The notes under the pieces were generated by a model. It worked only from the letters and a program-made list of their open reading frames with translations. It had not been told where the DNA came from and searched no databases. The translations under genes were made by a program, and so were the position numbers. 64,000 bases of DNA from Phoronis australis (Eukaryota > Animalia > Phoronida): contig NMRA01000892.1 in assembly GCA_002633005.1 (NCBI GenBank), positions 1-64,000 on the forward strand. The letters run 5' to 3'. Below are positions 50,740-62,711 of the stretch, in pieces (the stretch's first letter is position 1; every line of letters starts with the position of its first letter).

Positions 50740-53150
50740 AAATCTCGTTTTCCGAAGAATTGCTATTGTGGCAGGCGCCGTGGTCTGGTCGCGAGTCTGT
50801 TTGAAGATCATGGCACTCTAACAAGTTATGACTATACAAGGAATGACCAAAGGGGCACACACATTAACAAAGTGACCGCATTCGCGAACAGTGTACAGTA
50901 CCAGAAATTGCGGGGAGGCTGTATTTTCACAACAAAGTCTTGCGGGACTCGTGCGATGTTCAATGGGCCTTCTAAGGAGCCCTAGTGCCGACCTCAACAC
51001 CTACCGTCTTTCTACGTGCAATAAGTACACGGAGGTTTTCTATACTGGGAAGTTCCCCCAGAAAGGCCCACCCGACGAAACGCCCATGCCCTTGAGCATT
51101 TATTTGATGTTAGTACTTCGGGTTTCAAGCGTTCACACATTGGGACGTTTATTTAAAAAATTGCAAGAGATGCAAATGGATCCTGGGATACATCGTCAAG
51201 GTTTGAAGTAGTCCATGACGAACGGAACAAATTTAGTTGCGCATGCTGTAAGTCTTTTGAATGGACTTGGTACCCTCAGGGGGCTTAGTGCCAACTGAGC
51301 TGCGAAACGAGATGCTGCATTGTAGAGGTGGACAAGCTCATTGACGCAACAGTTGACGAAGTGCAAGCGTTGGGAACAAACATCGAAGATATCTGGGTAG
51401 AATGGTTCTAAGACAAGCAAACCATTGGATCCGATAAACAGATTCCTCGGCAGTCTTGGCAGCAGGAAGATATGACCAACGTTCCTGGAGAAACACCCAG
51501 GTAATAAGTTATAATTATTCACAGTTTGTAATAATGTCGGTTTTTTATGCTTGTGTACAATGAAAACGAAATAGAAATTAATTTTAGACATGCCAAATTT
51601 ACCCAGTACACCAGAGGGTCTACAAGCGCACAGAAACTGATTCTGGTTTGTATTTCCACATGAGTCTATCTGCTTCATATCCAAAATCTTATTTCACGTA
51701 GTGCGTAGTTAAATCTGTACCCAATACTTGTTTCTTCCAGTGAGTACTACAGAACGGTGCGAAAACCCTTCCTTAACCTCTCGCAGCAGTTGACCACCAG
51801 ATGTGTAAACTACACGTATGAGGATTAAAACGTGTGTAGAGAGAAGTTTCAATTCGAAATTTTTTGCAAAGTACGCTTTAGGTCTCACGACGGACCAGGC
51901 TAGCTTGATTTGTGTAGATATCGAGTTTCAGTGTACTTCTGGTCCCTCGGCGAACTAGTCTTGTGATGTTTTTTTACCAGAGTGTGCTTTGTAAAACTAT
52001 TTATCTCAACCAGTACTGTTTGGTCCCGCGACAGATCGACTATTTTTATAGGGATAATAAGCACAGGTGTACTTTTGGGCTCGTGACGGACCAGGCCAGA
52101 GTTTTTGTGTACTTTCAGTGTACATCTGGTCCCTCTACGAACTAGGCCTACTCCTGTAGGCCTATATATTTTCACCACGGTGTAGGCTTACAGAGTGTTT
52201 TGGTTTCGTGAAACTGTTTTCAGATGATTTGTTTCCTGATACATTTGACGTTTTTCAATTGTTGTCAACGTGATTCAGCTTAATAAAGTGATACTTAATT
52301 GTTTATTGTTGCTTTTAGTAATAGACTATGAGCTGAGAGCACCATCGTTCGCCAGTTTTTCTCGTAACGAGACAGAACACATGTTTATTATCGGACTAAA
52401 AGTACAGGTCTTCATTCTTTAACAGCTTGAGGCTGTTGCGATCATCTGATATTCAAGTTTTTACGCCCCGTGGGTGCTCCTTATGCTCTTCAATGTTTGG
52501 TGGCTGTCTAAACCCCTGTATACACACCACACTTTTTCGTATGCTAAAAAGGTGCGTGTAAGCAGATAACAAAAATTTTTGCTGCTGGTGTGACTCATAC
52601 CCAGATGTACACAAATATGGTTTCACGAAACTTATGAGCCAAGTTCATGTGACGAAATCGATAAGGTTTTTAATTATCTTAAGAAAAACTCCAGGGACAA
52701 GTTAAGTGCCAGAAACGTACCAGGATGCATGGAAATTTCACTGTTTGGCTACAAAAACAAAAAGTTGTCTTACACGGGAGGGGGGTTTCCGTTCTTTTAA
52801 ATTCAATACACGTCGACGGTAAGTTCACTATTGGCAGTCCTTCGTCGTTACTCAAAAACCATACATTTACCTACCGTGTTTTCTTGTACTAAGAAGACCC
52901 CGACAAGCATGGTCACATTATTAGGGAAAAGTAGCTCTAGACCTAATAAAACATTAGTCAATGACTAAAGTCTTCTCTTGTCAGTCATTGTCAATGGTGC
53001 ACAACCTTGCAGATTTCATGCGAGCAACAAACTTAATTGAGAATGTTACGGTTACAGGCACTATTCCGAGGGGTTCACTATTCAGAAGGTTCTGTACTCT
53101 CAAGGTTTGTTATCTTCAAGAGTTCCTTATTTCGAATGTTCACAATTCCG
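50740..53150 (+). pseudogene. KDZ/Zisupton (HMGXB3-related, CxC5-type) transposase relic, multi-exon
   Basis: YFGFQAFTHWDVYLKNCKRC...VVHD..NK (51110-51250), .PRG-APYALQCLV..(E)TP (52462-52520, like CPHG..Y.LK.L...ESP), CRFHASNK...EC (53008-53045, like DRFH..N); GT donor near 51501; many stops. Confidence 0.5.
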
Positions 53151-55726
53151 AAAACAGAATTCCGACAGTTTAGTACTGTGATTGCCTCCTAACGAGTCGT
53201 GACTGGGATGAATAAAGTGTTGTATTTGTTTCCATTTAATAACCATTTAAAGAGTGTGCAAGAGTTGATTAGTTATTAAACATTGATTATATTGTTTTAC
53301 AAATGAGCTCAGTTCCAATTACTGCCAATCGTGATTAGGTACGAGTCCACGAGACCACCAGCCATTAAATTAATAAGCAGTTGATATTATTTTGGTTATG
53401 CAAATGGTTTGTTATTGAAATGTATTGAATAAAGAGTGAGTGATTTACTACCAACATTTAGAAATTCTACCACATAACCCACTAACACCGTTTTGAACCA
53501 ATGTTTTTGCAATGTCATAAGTCATCTGCACGCATTGTTCAGAGTAATAGAATGAAACTTTTCCTAAATAAATGAAATAGCTTGGTTATTTTAACAAACA
53601 ATATAAGTATTGTCAGTCAACCTGCTAGATATACATTTTGGCACAACACTATGTACAAAAACGGGATCGTTAGGGCAGCAAGTAAAAAAGTAAAAACATT
53701 TCATTAAGTCTTTGATTTCAACATTGTTCACTTATATACATGCACTTTGCACGTTGCACCTGAGTTTTTACCTTCTGAATGTTTCATAACATGTGGAAAA
53801 TACGAACGTAAAATTACGAACATAAAACTACAAGCGAAAATATGAATGTAAAATTACGAGCGCACAACTGCTTCAGAGCTCACGTAACCAACAAACCAAT
53901 TTCTCATTGGATAAAAGTATTTCTTGTCGTAAAATACGAGTGAAGTGTCTGTCGTAATTACGCGCGACACTTTCATCCGTACGGCCCGCGAAACATTCTG
54001 GGCCAAATTACATCCGAATTTGAGCTGCGTTATTTGCGAGCAACCGTTACGGCATCCTGATTTCTGCTATTACATATCTCATGTTATCTCAGGGAAATAG
54101 AGCTGAGCGCCCCCTAATTAAGCTGCTTCAAGGGCCTTATCGAGAACTCAACAGTGTCGACGTGTGCAGAATATCAAAGGTCCACCGTTCTAGAAATTCG
54201 AACCACTGCCCCGCGCAATGCTGGCTACGGGCCTGTGCAGGACCATGCCAGCAATTTTATATTCTTTTGTTGGTATCCTAATGTACTTTCTTGCTTTGTC
54301 AACATGGGTTGAGTTTCATGGATTTTTTAAAATATTTAAGTTAATAAGAATAATTTAAAAATTGGGCATGGCAGGCTAATTCCTTATCACTGTCATTGCT
54401 CGTCAAATTAGCTAAAAACACAATAGCGATGGTTTGAACACGAAGTAGGTTGCAAATTGCCAAATGGTTTTGAGAACGTGTTATGTGGCAAAAATATTTT
54501 CCAAAAATCACTGAACCTTGTCCAATAAGTATCTTGTCGTGGTGCTGGGGAATAACACTACATGATGCCGGCTATTTGGACCCGCAAGGTATGTCATTAG
54601 TGCAAGAGTCAACTATCTGCAAAATTGTTTCCACGTTTACAAATTGTCACTGAATACAACTGCACTTTGTGTTATAGCGTGGATCTTGTTAAAGTAGCAT
54701 TATCACCTAATTCCTGATATACATTAGAACACGTACTTAAGATCATGCAAATACATCTCTGAAGTTCCAGTTCCGTCATTGAAAGCGATTTTCTTTGTTC
54801 ATATTCAGGGAGGAAGCACTTTTCTGATGCGAGAATTTACATACTGGCATGTAATTACATATACTAAAATCATGGATTAAATGGATTTGACTGATTCCTT
54901 CAGCAGAATGATTCCACGAACTTGATTTACTTAACTTGTATTTTGCGATTTCAGCTTTACCTATAGCACTGCGCGGGATGTTGCAGTGCTCTTATCTGAT
55001 TTAACTGTGGACACATTTTGGGCAAGTGCAGTTGAAATTCTCCTCAATTAGCAATTATTTTTGTAAAAATTTCTATACACAGATTTCGTGTTTTCTCCAG
55101 TGTCATATACCCCAATTTATAGGAATTTCGAAAAATAGGAGGTCGTGCTCTATGTCATTTTACCATAGATTATAGACAACGGATTCGGAACTCCGGCATT
55201 TTCTTACGTACTATCCAAGAGGCGCCGCCACTCCCCTGACCTTTCTGGTACAGTTTCCAGTTAGTGTATTTTGACGAAAAACATTTACATATACATTACT
55301 GTCCAGTACAACGAAAAAAAATTTAATTTTGGCATTGAAACGCTGTTCAAAGTCTTTCAATAGTAGAAGTGTTGGTATTGTGAGTACTTTTGGCAATGCT
55401 ACTGGTAATTAATTACAAAATTCAAGATTCGTTGCCGACTGATTATGTCGTCTGCTTGCTCAATAGCATAGCAGCATAGTTATCGGACAGTTTGTGATTT
55501 ATGCTTCACATAGGCCTACTGAGAAAACTACGAAAGCATGTTTGTGCACAAATTCCAAGGAGTACCTGTGAATGCAAAAGATACTTATATAACGTTTTTG
55601 GTTTAGAAAAATATCAATTATGTTCGAATTGAAAAATGCACTTCTGCAACGATTTGACTATTTTAACCTTTGCATGTTTATAATTCAACATTCTCAAGTG
55701 AGCAGTTCTTCTGGGAAGTGTTGAGT

Positions 55727-55783
55727 GGCCCTTAAAAGGGCCGTTGGTTGTAGGTATAGCGTGAAATGGTTCTTAAAAGAACC
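55727..55783 (-). promoter_or_regulatory. Two tandem histone 3' stem-loops (copy 1)
   Basis: Minus strand CAAT-GGTTCT-TTTA-AGAACC-ATT (55768-55783) then CAAC-GGCCCT-TTTA-AGGGCC-ACTC (55727-55742), 6-bp stem and 4-nt loop; purine-rich CAGAAGAAC about 14 nt downstream. Confidence 0.8.
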
Positions 55784-55793
55784 ATTGAGTAAT

Positions 55794-55887
55794 TCAACAT
55801 GAATAACACAGTATACCATGCTCACTCAAGTACTGAAGGTCCTTTTCGTTCAAGTTTTCATCTGGGAAGGCTGGATGAAAACAGAGG
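55794..55887 (-). pseudogene. 3' end of PHD-like zinc-finger ORF (copy 1)
   Basis: CFHPAFPDENLNEKDLQYLSEHGILCYSC-stop; stop codon 10 nt before the first stem-loop. Confidence 0.55.
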
Positions 55888-56761
55888 TTATGATTGTTGA
55901 TCATTAAATGAATGAATGACGTGAATGAATGACATCCAGATAATGTATCTTAACATGGGCTTCACAAAACAGCTTTAAAATACTTTTCATTCAATAGCCA
56001 CTTTCAAGACAAATTGGTGTAAATGACAGCAGTCGATGTTCTGTATTGTTTTGTGTTTAACTGAAACATGACCAGAGGTCGGGTCTTTATATTGTCAAGC
56101 TCCTGCGAAATTGCAACGTTTAATTCACAATTGGGGTGCATGTACGCATCCAGGGGGCTCGGAGGGGGTCTCGAATGAGATCCCATATTAGACAAAGTGG
56201 ACAAATAGCTCCGACAGCAGAGAAACAAACAAATCCGAAAATGTAGAACACGAGACAGAATGACACCACTAAAATGGCAGGAACTGTCAAAAATCAGCGA
56301 ATGCACAAATCACAGCTCTGAACGTACTCCGTGAATCTTAGAAAAAAATGCACATTCTGAAAATTTTGAGCCACCCATTTTTTAGGCTCGGTGCGCGCAT
56401 GAGATGGATTGGGCAAGATTTCATGTCAAAATATGACAATGCTTCGGTCTCAATTGGAATAACAGCTGATTCTACAAATGGATTGTAATACCACATAAAG
56501 GTAGAGATCCACTCGTAGCCATTACTAATTCTAGTAGGGCACGCCACAAACACACCGAATTGTGTCATAATGAAAACTCTTAACATTGACTTAGCTTGCG
56601 GATGCTATTCTCATAAAGTTATTTTATTTGATTTCTTATCAAAAATAAATATTAAACGAATAACTAATGCAGGAAGCGTGCAACTGTACTTTATTATAGA
56701 AATGTTTTGGAATAAAATAAAGTCAACGTTGCCGCACCCCAGCTCTGTCGACTGTGATTCC

Positions 56762-56870
56762 GGGGCCCTGTCTGCAATCTCAGGCTCATACTCATACTCG
56801 AGATTTCATACTCAAAATTGTGCTCACTGGTGTCGTACTCAAAAAGCGTATTTAATGTCGCATTTTGAGT
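56762..56870. mobile_element. Harbinger-like MITE end (CATACTC repeats); inverted partner at 60110-60178
   Basis: GGCCCTGTCTGCAATCTC...TACTCATACTCGA...TCATACTCAAA vs reverse complement GGCCCCAGTCTCCAATCTC..TACTCAGACTCGA.TCATACTCAAA. Confidence 0.55.
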
Positions 56871-57189
56871 AGACTCTAAACGTAATCAAATCTGAGAATC
56901 GTACACGAGTTGCTATGGAACTCTTCAGTTAAGATGTGAAATGCAAAACCACAAAAAATCGTGCTGATTCAGCGCTCCCTATATTCGCATCGACTACCAT
57001 AGCAACTGCGTTATCGTCAGCTCTCGTTACAATTGACCTATCGCCAGGATTATGACGGACGGCTTAATTGACCAATCAGAACGCAGCATTCTTGGCACAC
57101 TTTCGTCTGCGTTTCCAAGCCGCCATTTTACCCGACAAACCAAACGCAGTCAGTAAAATTTACTTTAGTCTATAGCTCAAGAAACTGTT

Positions 57190-57395
57190 GATATGACGTG
57201 TGTAGCACCAACAGCCGTTGTGCTGCTCCAGAATAATATCCCGTCATTTTTGGCATGTCCTAAGCCGAAAAATGATGTTGAAAAGCGTAAACTATGGATC
57301 AAACTGTACGGCCACACGAGCAGCTGAACTTAGCGATGTTGCTTGATAACTCGAAGGCTATAATAAACACAAATATACATGTATTAGTTCCAAGA
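57190..57395 (+). pseudogene. THAP DNA-binding domain remnant of a transposase
   Basis: TC...NSR...F..PKPKNDVEKRKLWIKL.(GR)PHEQLN...INK..Y; matches the invertebrate THAP pattern FPKPK...KC..WIKLCGRPH.QLN; frameshifted. Confidence 0.65.
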
Positions 57396-58076
57396 TACGC
57401 ACTTTTCAGCTTGGTGGCTATGGTGCAGGGCTATCTCAGATTTTGACTCCCGAGTTGGCTACATCTGGCCGCCTTTGTCTCGGCACCTGCTGGATCTCAG
57501 CATTCTGGCGGTAGTCCTCGGAAATTAATGTTTTCAAGGACATTTTTGTTTTATGTTTTTGTATTTATTTCAACCTAATGGACATTATTTTGTTTCGTAT
57601 CAGAGGTACATTTTTGTTATTCATAAACTGTAAGCTGGCGTTCAACTGAACTTCTCTCCCGGTCAAATTTCAGAGATTCGATTGGCACAGGGAAGGGCAC
57701 TGGATTACTGCCGGAACTCAAAGCCTTGGTCGAGCTGTTGTCACTAAAAATAAACTGTTGAATTACTTTTTGACGTGTACCTCTAGTATACACTATGTCT
57801 GTAGAGTTAGAGAGAGAGCTCATTTTGGAGTTGTTCAGACATGATATTTAGATTTATGAAGCTTTAAAAAAGAATTTGAGTTATTTTTGTAAATAACCTA
57901 TTTTTGCAACTACGACACCAGACTTGTAATCTTTTTTAACCATACCACGACATAGTGATCATGCTACCTTCAAAAGTAAATGAAAGCTACCTTTATGGAA
58001 TGAAACTACAAAAAATGCCAAGTTCACAAGAAGGTAGACCTAATTTAAATGTCTTAATGGTGCAAACGGACAATTC

Positions 58077-58408
58077 CATAGGCGGATTTAGGGGGGGGGG
58101 GCAGGGGCCCCAGCCCCCTCCCGCTTGGGTGCCGCAAGCATAACGAAACAGCAAGAGCGTGAGGAAATATTGAGTTCAGTAACTAGGACCGGTAGCGGAA
58201 GAGGGGGGCTCAGACCCCAGATCGCGGCGGAATCGTGTTCCTGTTTTTTTTTTAGTCCACCGATAGATTTTCTGAACAGAAAATCCAACGGTCTACATCC
58301 CTGGCCCCTGCAAATTTCGGGCGGCCTGTGCACATACAATCGCACTTTGCCCAATTCCACGAGGCAACATATGTTGGGCCCCCCTGTGGTATCCTAGATC
58401 CGCCACTG
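58077..58408. mobile_element. hAT5-like MITE with 5-bp TSD
   Basis: Termini CATAGGCGGATTTAGG ... CCTAGATCCGCCACTG; TSD AATTC (58072-58076, 58409-58413). Confidence 0.78.
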
Positions 58409-61005
58409 AATTCCAGACATTAACTTTACTTAGACACAGCCCTAGACCTACCAGAGCTAACTGTTTGCCCAGGACGAGATGAGTGTGTACCTGAGCTATG
58501 AACCTGAATTTGTTTATCAAAATATTTCGTTAAAAGATTATAAAAGCTATCGAGTCGATCTACATGTAGTCAGAGACTATAGTGCATGTCTTGTCTGTAA
58601 TCTATGACCTACTTTACTCCAGGAGTCCCCCGCAGTTGTAACCTACTTTTCATTTGGCGAAATTTAGCAGACGACAGAATAAAAATATCGGTGAATCTTC
58701 ACTGACTTTATTCGAAAGATCATGAAATCTATGGAATCGTACAGATAATTCGACTTTAAGGTACATACCCAGCTTTACATGAACATATCAGTGGCATTGT
58801 CATTTGTCAGGTGAAGGTGGCCCCGACGCCGAAGGATTCTTCGGGTTTTCGCTGGCTCCTCGAGCACTTATTTTTTCATCGTCACCCTTACAAATTCCCA
58901 TAACATGAACGTACGATTCACTGTTGAAAAGCATCGCCTCTTGTCTCTGTCGACGTGTTTTCAAATAGTGCAAAAAGACTCATCGATTCCACCAGGAACG
59001 TCGTTTAGAGACAGTGTATTTGCCTCTGACATCTCGTTCGAATGTCGGGTATCACATGACTTTTCGCATAGGGGCGGAGCTTGCGATAGGTCAATTACAA
59101 GAGCATGACGTGGAATGCTGAGTGTTCTGTAACTGTTATTCATTTGTACAGTTTCAATACAGTATTCTTCTACCATTTCTTGATACAGCAGATTTGCCAC
59201 TTATTAAGCTTTACTTGTTGAGTTCCTTATCTCCCTCCGGAAAATGTCTCAGTAAATTTGAGATAGCTTATCAAAACGTCAGTCGGCCGGAGCGGAGCAG
59301 CCAAAATCTCATTGTCTGATTTAGTCAGGGGCATTCTCTCCTACACTTGACTCACTTACTGCTAAAATAGGCATGGTCACACCAACGATTGACGGCATAT
59401 TGAAATTATATTTTTCATTAATGCAGTGGTGGGCCGGTGACCTCAGTGCGAGAGTCGGGTACAATGTCACAGGCCTGCAACCAACATTTTAAGGAGGGTT
59501 CGAATTGCACATTTTCTTTGGCGGGAGGTCGAATGTCAAAAGTTTGTACCTTAATTGCCAGCGGTGGTGTTCTTTAGTAAACCGGTTGTCCACCGTGACG
59601 TCAGCCCGAAACTCCAGTCGACATTTTTGGGCCGCAGTTGTTTGGTTACTGGTCAACCACTGTTCTCTCCTGCATAGCACCCATTGCCGTGTAGGTCTAC
59701 GCTGATGTCAAAACTTACTGTATCTTTATTCACCGGGATGTATCAAGTTAGCTGACATTTGGCGTGTGATTGGGTTATAAACACTAAATGTAGATCAGGC
59801 ACTCAGAGTTCATCAGTGAACGGGACGAGACGTCCACTCATATTCACAAATCGGCAAACAAAAACGGGGATTGAGGAATTATCGATGACTCATCTATGAT
59901 GTAAAATCTGACCGGAAAGCAAATTCTTTTTCAACTTCCCTCGTCTTTAGGAAACCGTAAAAACCATTGCACACGCACTTCAATCACGGCAATCCCTACC
60001 CCGCAGCTGATTTTGACCCTTGTAATGACTCGTCGACATGGGATTAGCATTCACCAGTTGGCAGGAATCGTTGTAAGAAGGACTTTAAAAATTGACGGCA
60101 ATGAAGTGTGGTGAGTATGAACTGTGAGACAGTTTGAGTATGATTCGAGTCTGAGTACGGAGATTGGAGACTGGGGCCAGGTAAACTATAAACACATGTC
60201 TTCAATTGTACAGATTTTTAAAATTATAATTTTCATAAGATACTGAGAATGCGTAACATATTTTTGTAGTCTTAATAATTGAAAACGGCAGCTAGATTTA
60301 ATAATCTCTTCCGTATAGAAACTCTGACGCTGTTGCTGGGCATACATACTATCCCAGAATGCAATAGAGAGGAGCTGGTGTGGGGCATGCGCATTGAGAT
60401 TTGCACATTCGTTAATGTGTATTGCTTCAAGATCCAGTACCTAGAATCCCATGTACAGTATTCTGTACCCCGCAAGTCTCTGTTTATTACTTGGCGGAAC
60501 TCTTCGAATTCCATGCCGGCTTTCTGAAATGGTAAAGCGCACCAATTTCCATGTCCCACACCTCGTCAAACGTTAAGTCCCTGTCCTCCCCCCGGAAAAA
60601 TTTTAACGTTGACACTCAGTCCGGGCTCACAGACAGACCTCGAGACAGGGCTACTATGTCGAGTTCAGATATTTGCTCGGTTTACACGAACAAAGAAGTC
60701 GTGTATTTTATGGGTTTTAAGCGTTATCAAAAGGACCGAAAATGTTGTTCAAATTCCTGTCAAAAAATTCACAGCTCACACTTTGTCCGGCGCTAAATTG
60801 CACATAAAATATGAAAATGATCTTTATCCCATATAGGCCATAGTCCCAGCTCTCCTATCTTTCACCTCCGTGGCCAATTTCTGGGGGGCAATGGGAACTT
60901 TGCATTAAACCCATCTACAGATGTTTAAAAGTAAATTTCAAAAAAAATCCCAAGAATACACGTGCACGCTTAGTTAGAATTTTAATTTAAAAAATGGAAA
61001 AATAT

Positions 61006-61222
61006 AAGCATATTGCCCGGGACTCGTAAGCTAAAAATAATAAAAAAACATGTTTAGACGTTCTGCGTTGTTACACTCGACAAAAAATTGTCGCACGTTT
61101 TGATGTTTGTGTTTGGTGAAATCAATTTCATTTTCTTAAATCAAGCATATTAGCCGGGGCTCGTCTGCTAAAAATAAAAGCATATTCAGATGTTCTGCAT
61201 TGTTACAATCCACAAAAACATT
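61006..61222. repeat. Degenerate local tandem duplication (~80-bp unit, ~138-bp period)
   Basis: AAGCATATT..CCGGG.CTCGT..GCTAAAAATAA...CAT.TT.AGA.GTTCTGC.TTGTTACA.TC.ACAAAAA twice. Confidence 0.7.
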
Positions 61223-62033
61223 TATCTTGATGAAGGTTTCTTGTTCAGGTGGGACCTCAGGCAAATCTGATAAAATTACAAATGACGCCGTGACCCATAA
61301 GCTTGGTCTGAATAAATATCACATTCCCTTCCGCCAACTTGTTTTGACTACGTATGGGAAAAACTTTCAAATTCATATTTTGTCAGTTTCATTAACAATT
61401 TAAAACATCCACATCCAATCGCTAAATAAATATCTTTTACTCTTTCATCGATCGATAACATTTATTCTCAGACTTACCGTTTTTGCGTTATTTACCTTTG
61501 AATTTCAAAAATTGCAAAGTTTGAAACTTTTCGAAATTTGTACGGGATTTTGTAAATCTATAGTTTTAGATAACGTTTAGAACAGGCTTTCAGGAAATGT
61601 TTTTCATTTTTCGCTATGACGCTTACTTTTTGAATTTTTGAACACTTTCTGGTAACGCTGTTCCTTTGTTGACTGATTTTGTAGCACTGTTGTTCGTGTA
61701 CCTTCTATTGAACAAGAATAGCCTAATAGGCAATTACGTAGCCCTGGATGCTGAAAATCTGTCGCGCTTTGCTCGAGTTTCTCTTACCGGGTGCCATTTT
61801 CAGGAAGTTACGTGAAATCATGCATGTTGACGAATAAAAAGTCCACGGGTCACAAATATTACAAATTTTACCTGATACAGTGTACCTTCCCATGCTATTT
61901 TGCAAGTGTCACGTGCTTCACTAGCGTTTGCCTAAATCACGTGACCCGGTTGACATACTTCGTGGTTATCGCGCGCCGTGAAAAAGTTAACGGCAACCAA
62001 AAAAGTGGAACTAGTTGGAATTCTTCATCAAAG

Positions 62034-62711
62034 CATAGATTATAGACAACAGACTCGCAGCTCCGGCATTTTCTTACGTTCTAGCCTGACCTTTCTGGTA
62101 CAGTTTCCGGTTAGTGTATTTTGACGAGAAATATTTGCGTCTACATTACTGACCATTACAACGAAAAAAAATCTTAATTTTGGCATTGAAACGCTGTTCA
62201 AAGTATTTCAATAGTATAAGTGTTGATATCATGAGTACTTTTTCCAATGCTATTGGTAATTAATTACAAAATTCAAACTTCGGTGCCGACTGATTATGTC
62301 GTCTGCTTGCCCAATAGCATAGCTGCATAGTTATGGGACAGTTTGTGATTTATGGTTCGCATAGGCTTACTGAGAAAACTACGAAAGTATGTTTGTGCAC
62401 AATTTCCAAGGAGTACCAGTTTTTGGTTTAGAAAAATGTCATTTTTTTCGAATTAAAGAATGCGCCTCTGCAACGATTTGACTATTTCAACCTTTGCATG
62501 TTTATAATTCAACATTCTCAAGTGAGCAGTTCTTCTGAGAATTGTTGAGTGGCCCTTAAAAGGGCCGTTGGTTGTAGGTATAGCGTGAAATGTGTCTTAA
62601 AAGAACCGTTGAATAATTCAACATAAATCACACAGTATACCATGCTCACTCAAGTGCTGAAAGTCCTCTTCATTCAAGTTTTCATCTGGGAAGGTTGGAT
62701 GAAAACAGAGG
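62034..62711 (+). repeat. Second copy of 55164-55887 (P-like left end plus captured cassette)
   Basis: Colinear high identity from CATAGATTATAGACAAC to GGATGAAAACAGAGG, with small indels. Confidence 0.92.
62551..62607 (-). promoter_or_regulatory. Two tandem histone 3' stem-loops (copy 2)
   Basis: CAAC-GGCCCT-TTTA-AGGGCC-ACTC (62551-62566) intact; CAAC-GGTTCT-TTTA-AGACAC (62592-62607) partly degraded. Confidence 0.78.

Larger units (their letters stand above)
48119..54235. mobile_element. 6.1-kb composite bounded by hAT5-like TIRs with 5-bp TSD
   Basis: Perfect 15-bp TIR CAGGCCCGTAGCCAG / CTGGCTACGGGCCTG; TSD TGCAG (48114-48118, 54236-54240); AAAGGTCCA subterminal motif at both ends. Confidence 0.8.
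55164..58606. mobile_element. P-element-like (CATAG-terminated, THAP-containing) degenerate transposon
   Basis: TIR CATAGATTATAGACAA (55164) vs reverse complement CATAGATTACAGACAA (58591-58606); internal THAP remnant; no matching TSD. Confidence 0.5.

Noticed and set aside
55727-55783. Rho-independent terminators
   Set aside because: No bacterial gene context and no U-tract; geometry and flanks match the histone stem-loop.
55727-55900. Histone gene upstream of the stem-loops
   Set aside because: No H1/H2A/H2B/H3/H4 peptide is recognisable in any minus-strand frame upstream in either copy.
58961-59300. Minus-strand coding-like segment
   Set aside because: No identifiable family; interrupted by stops in all frames.
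60272-60790. Possible glycosyltransferase-92-like last exon (EIGALYHFRKP)
   Set aside because: Single short motif amid many stops; insufficient support.
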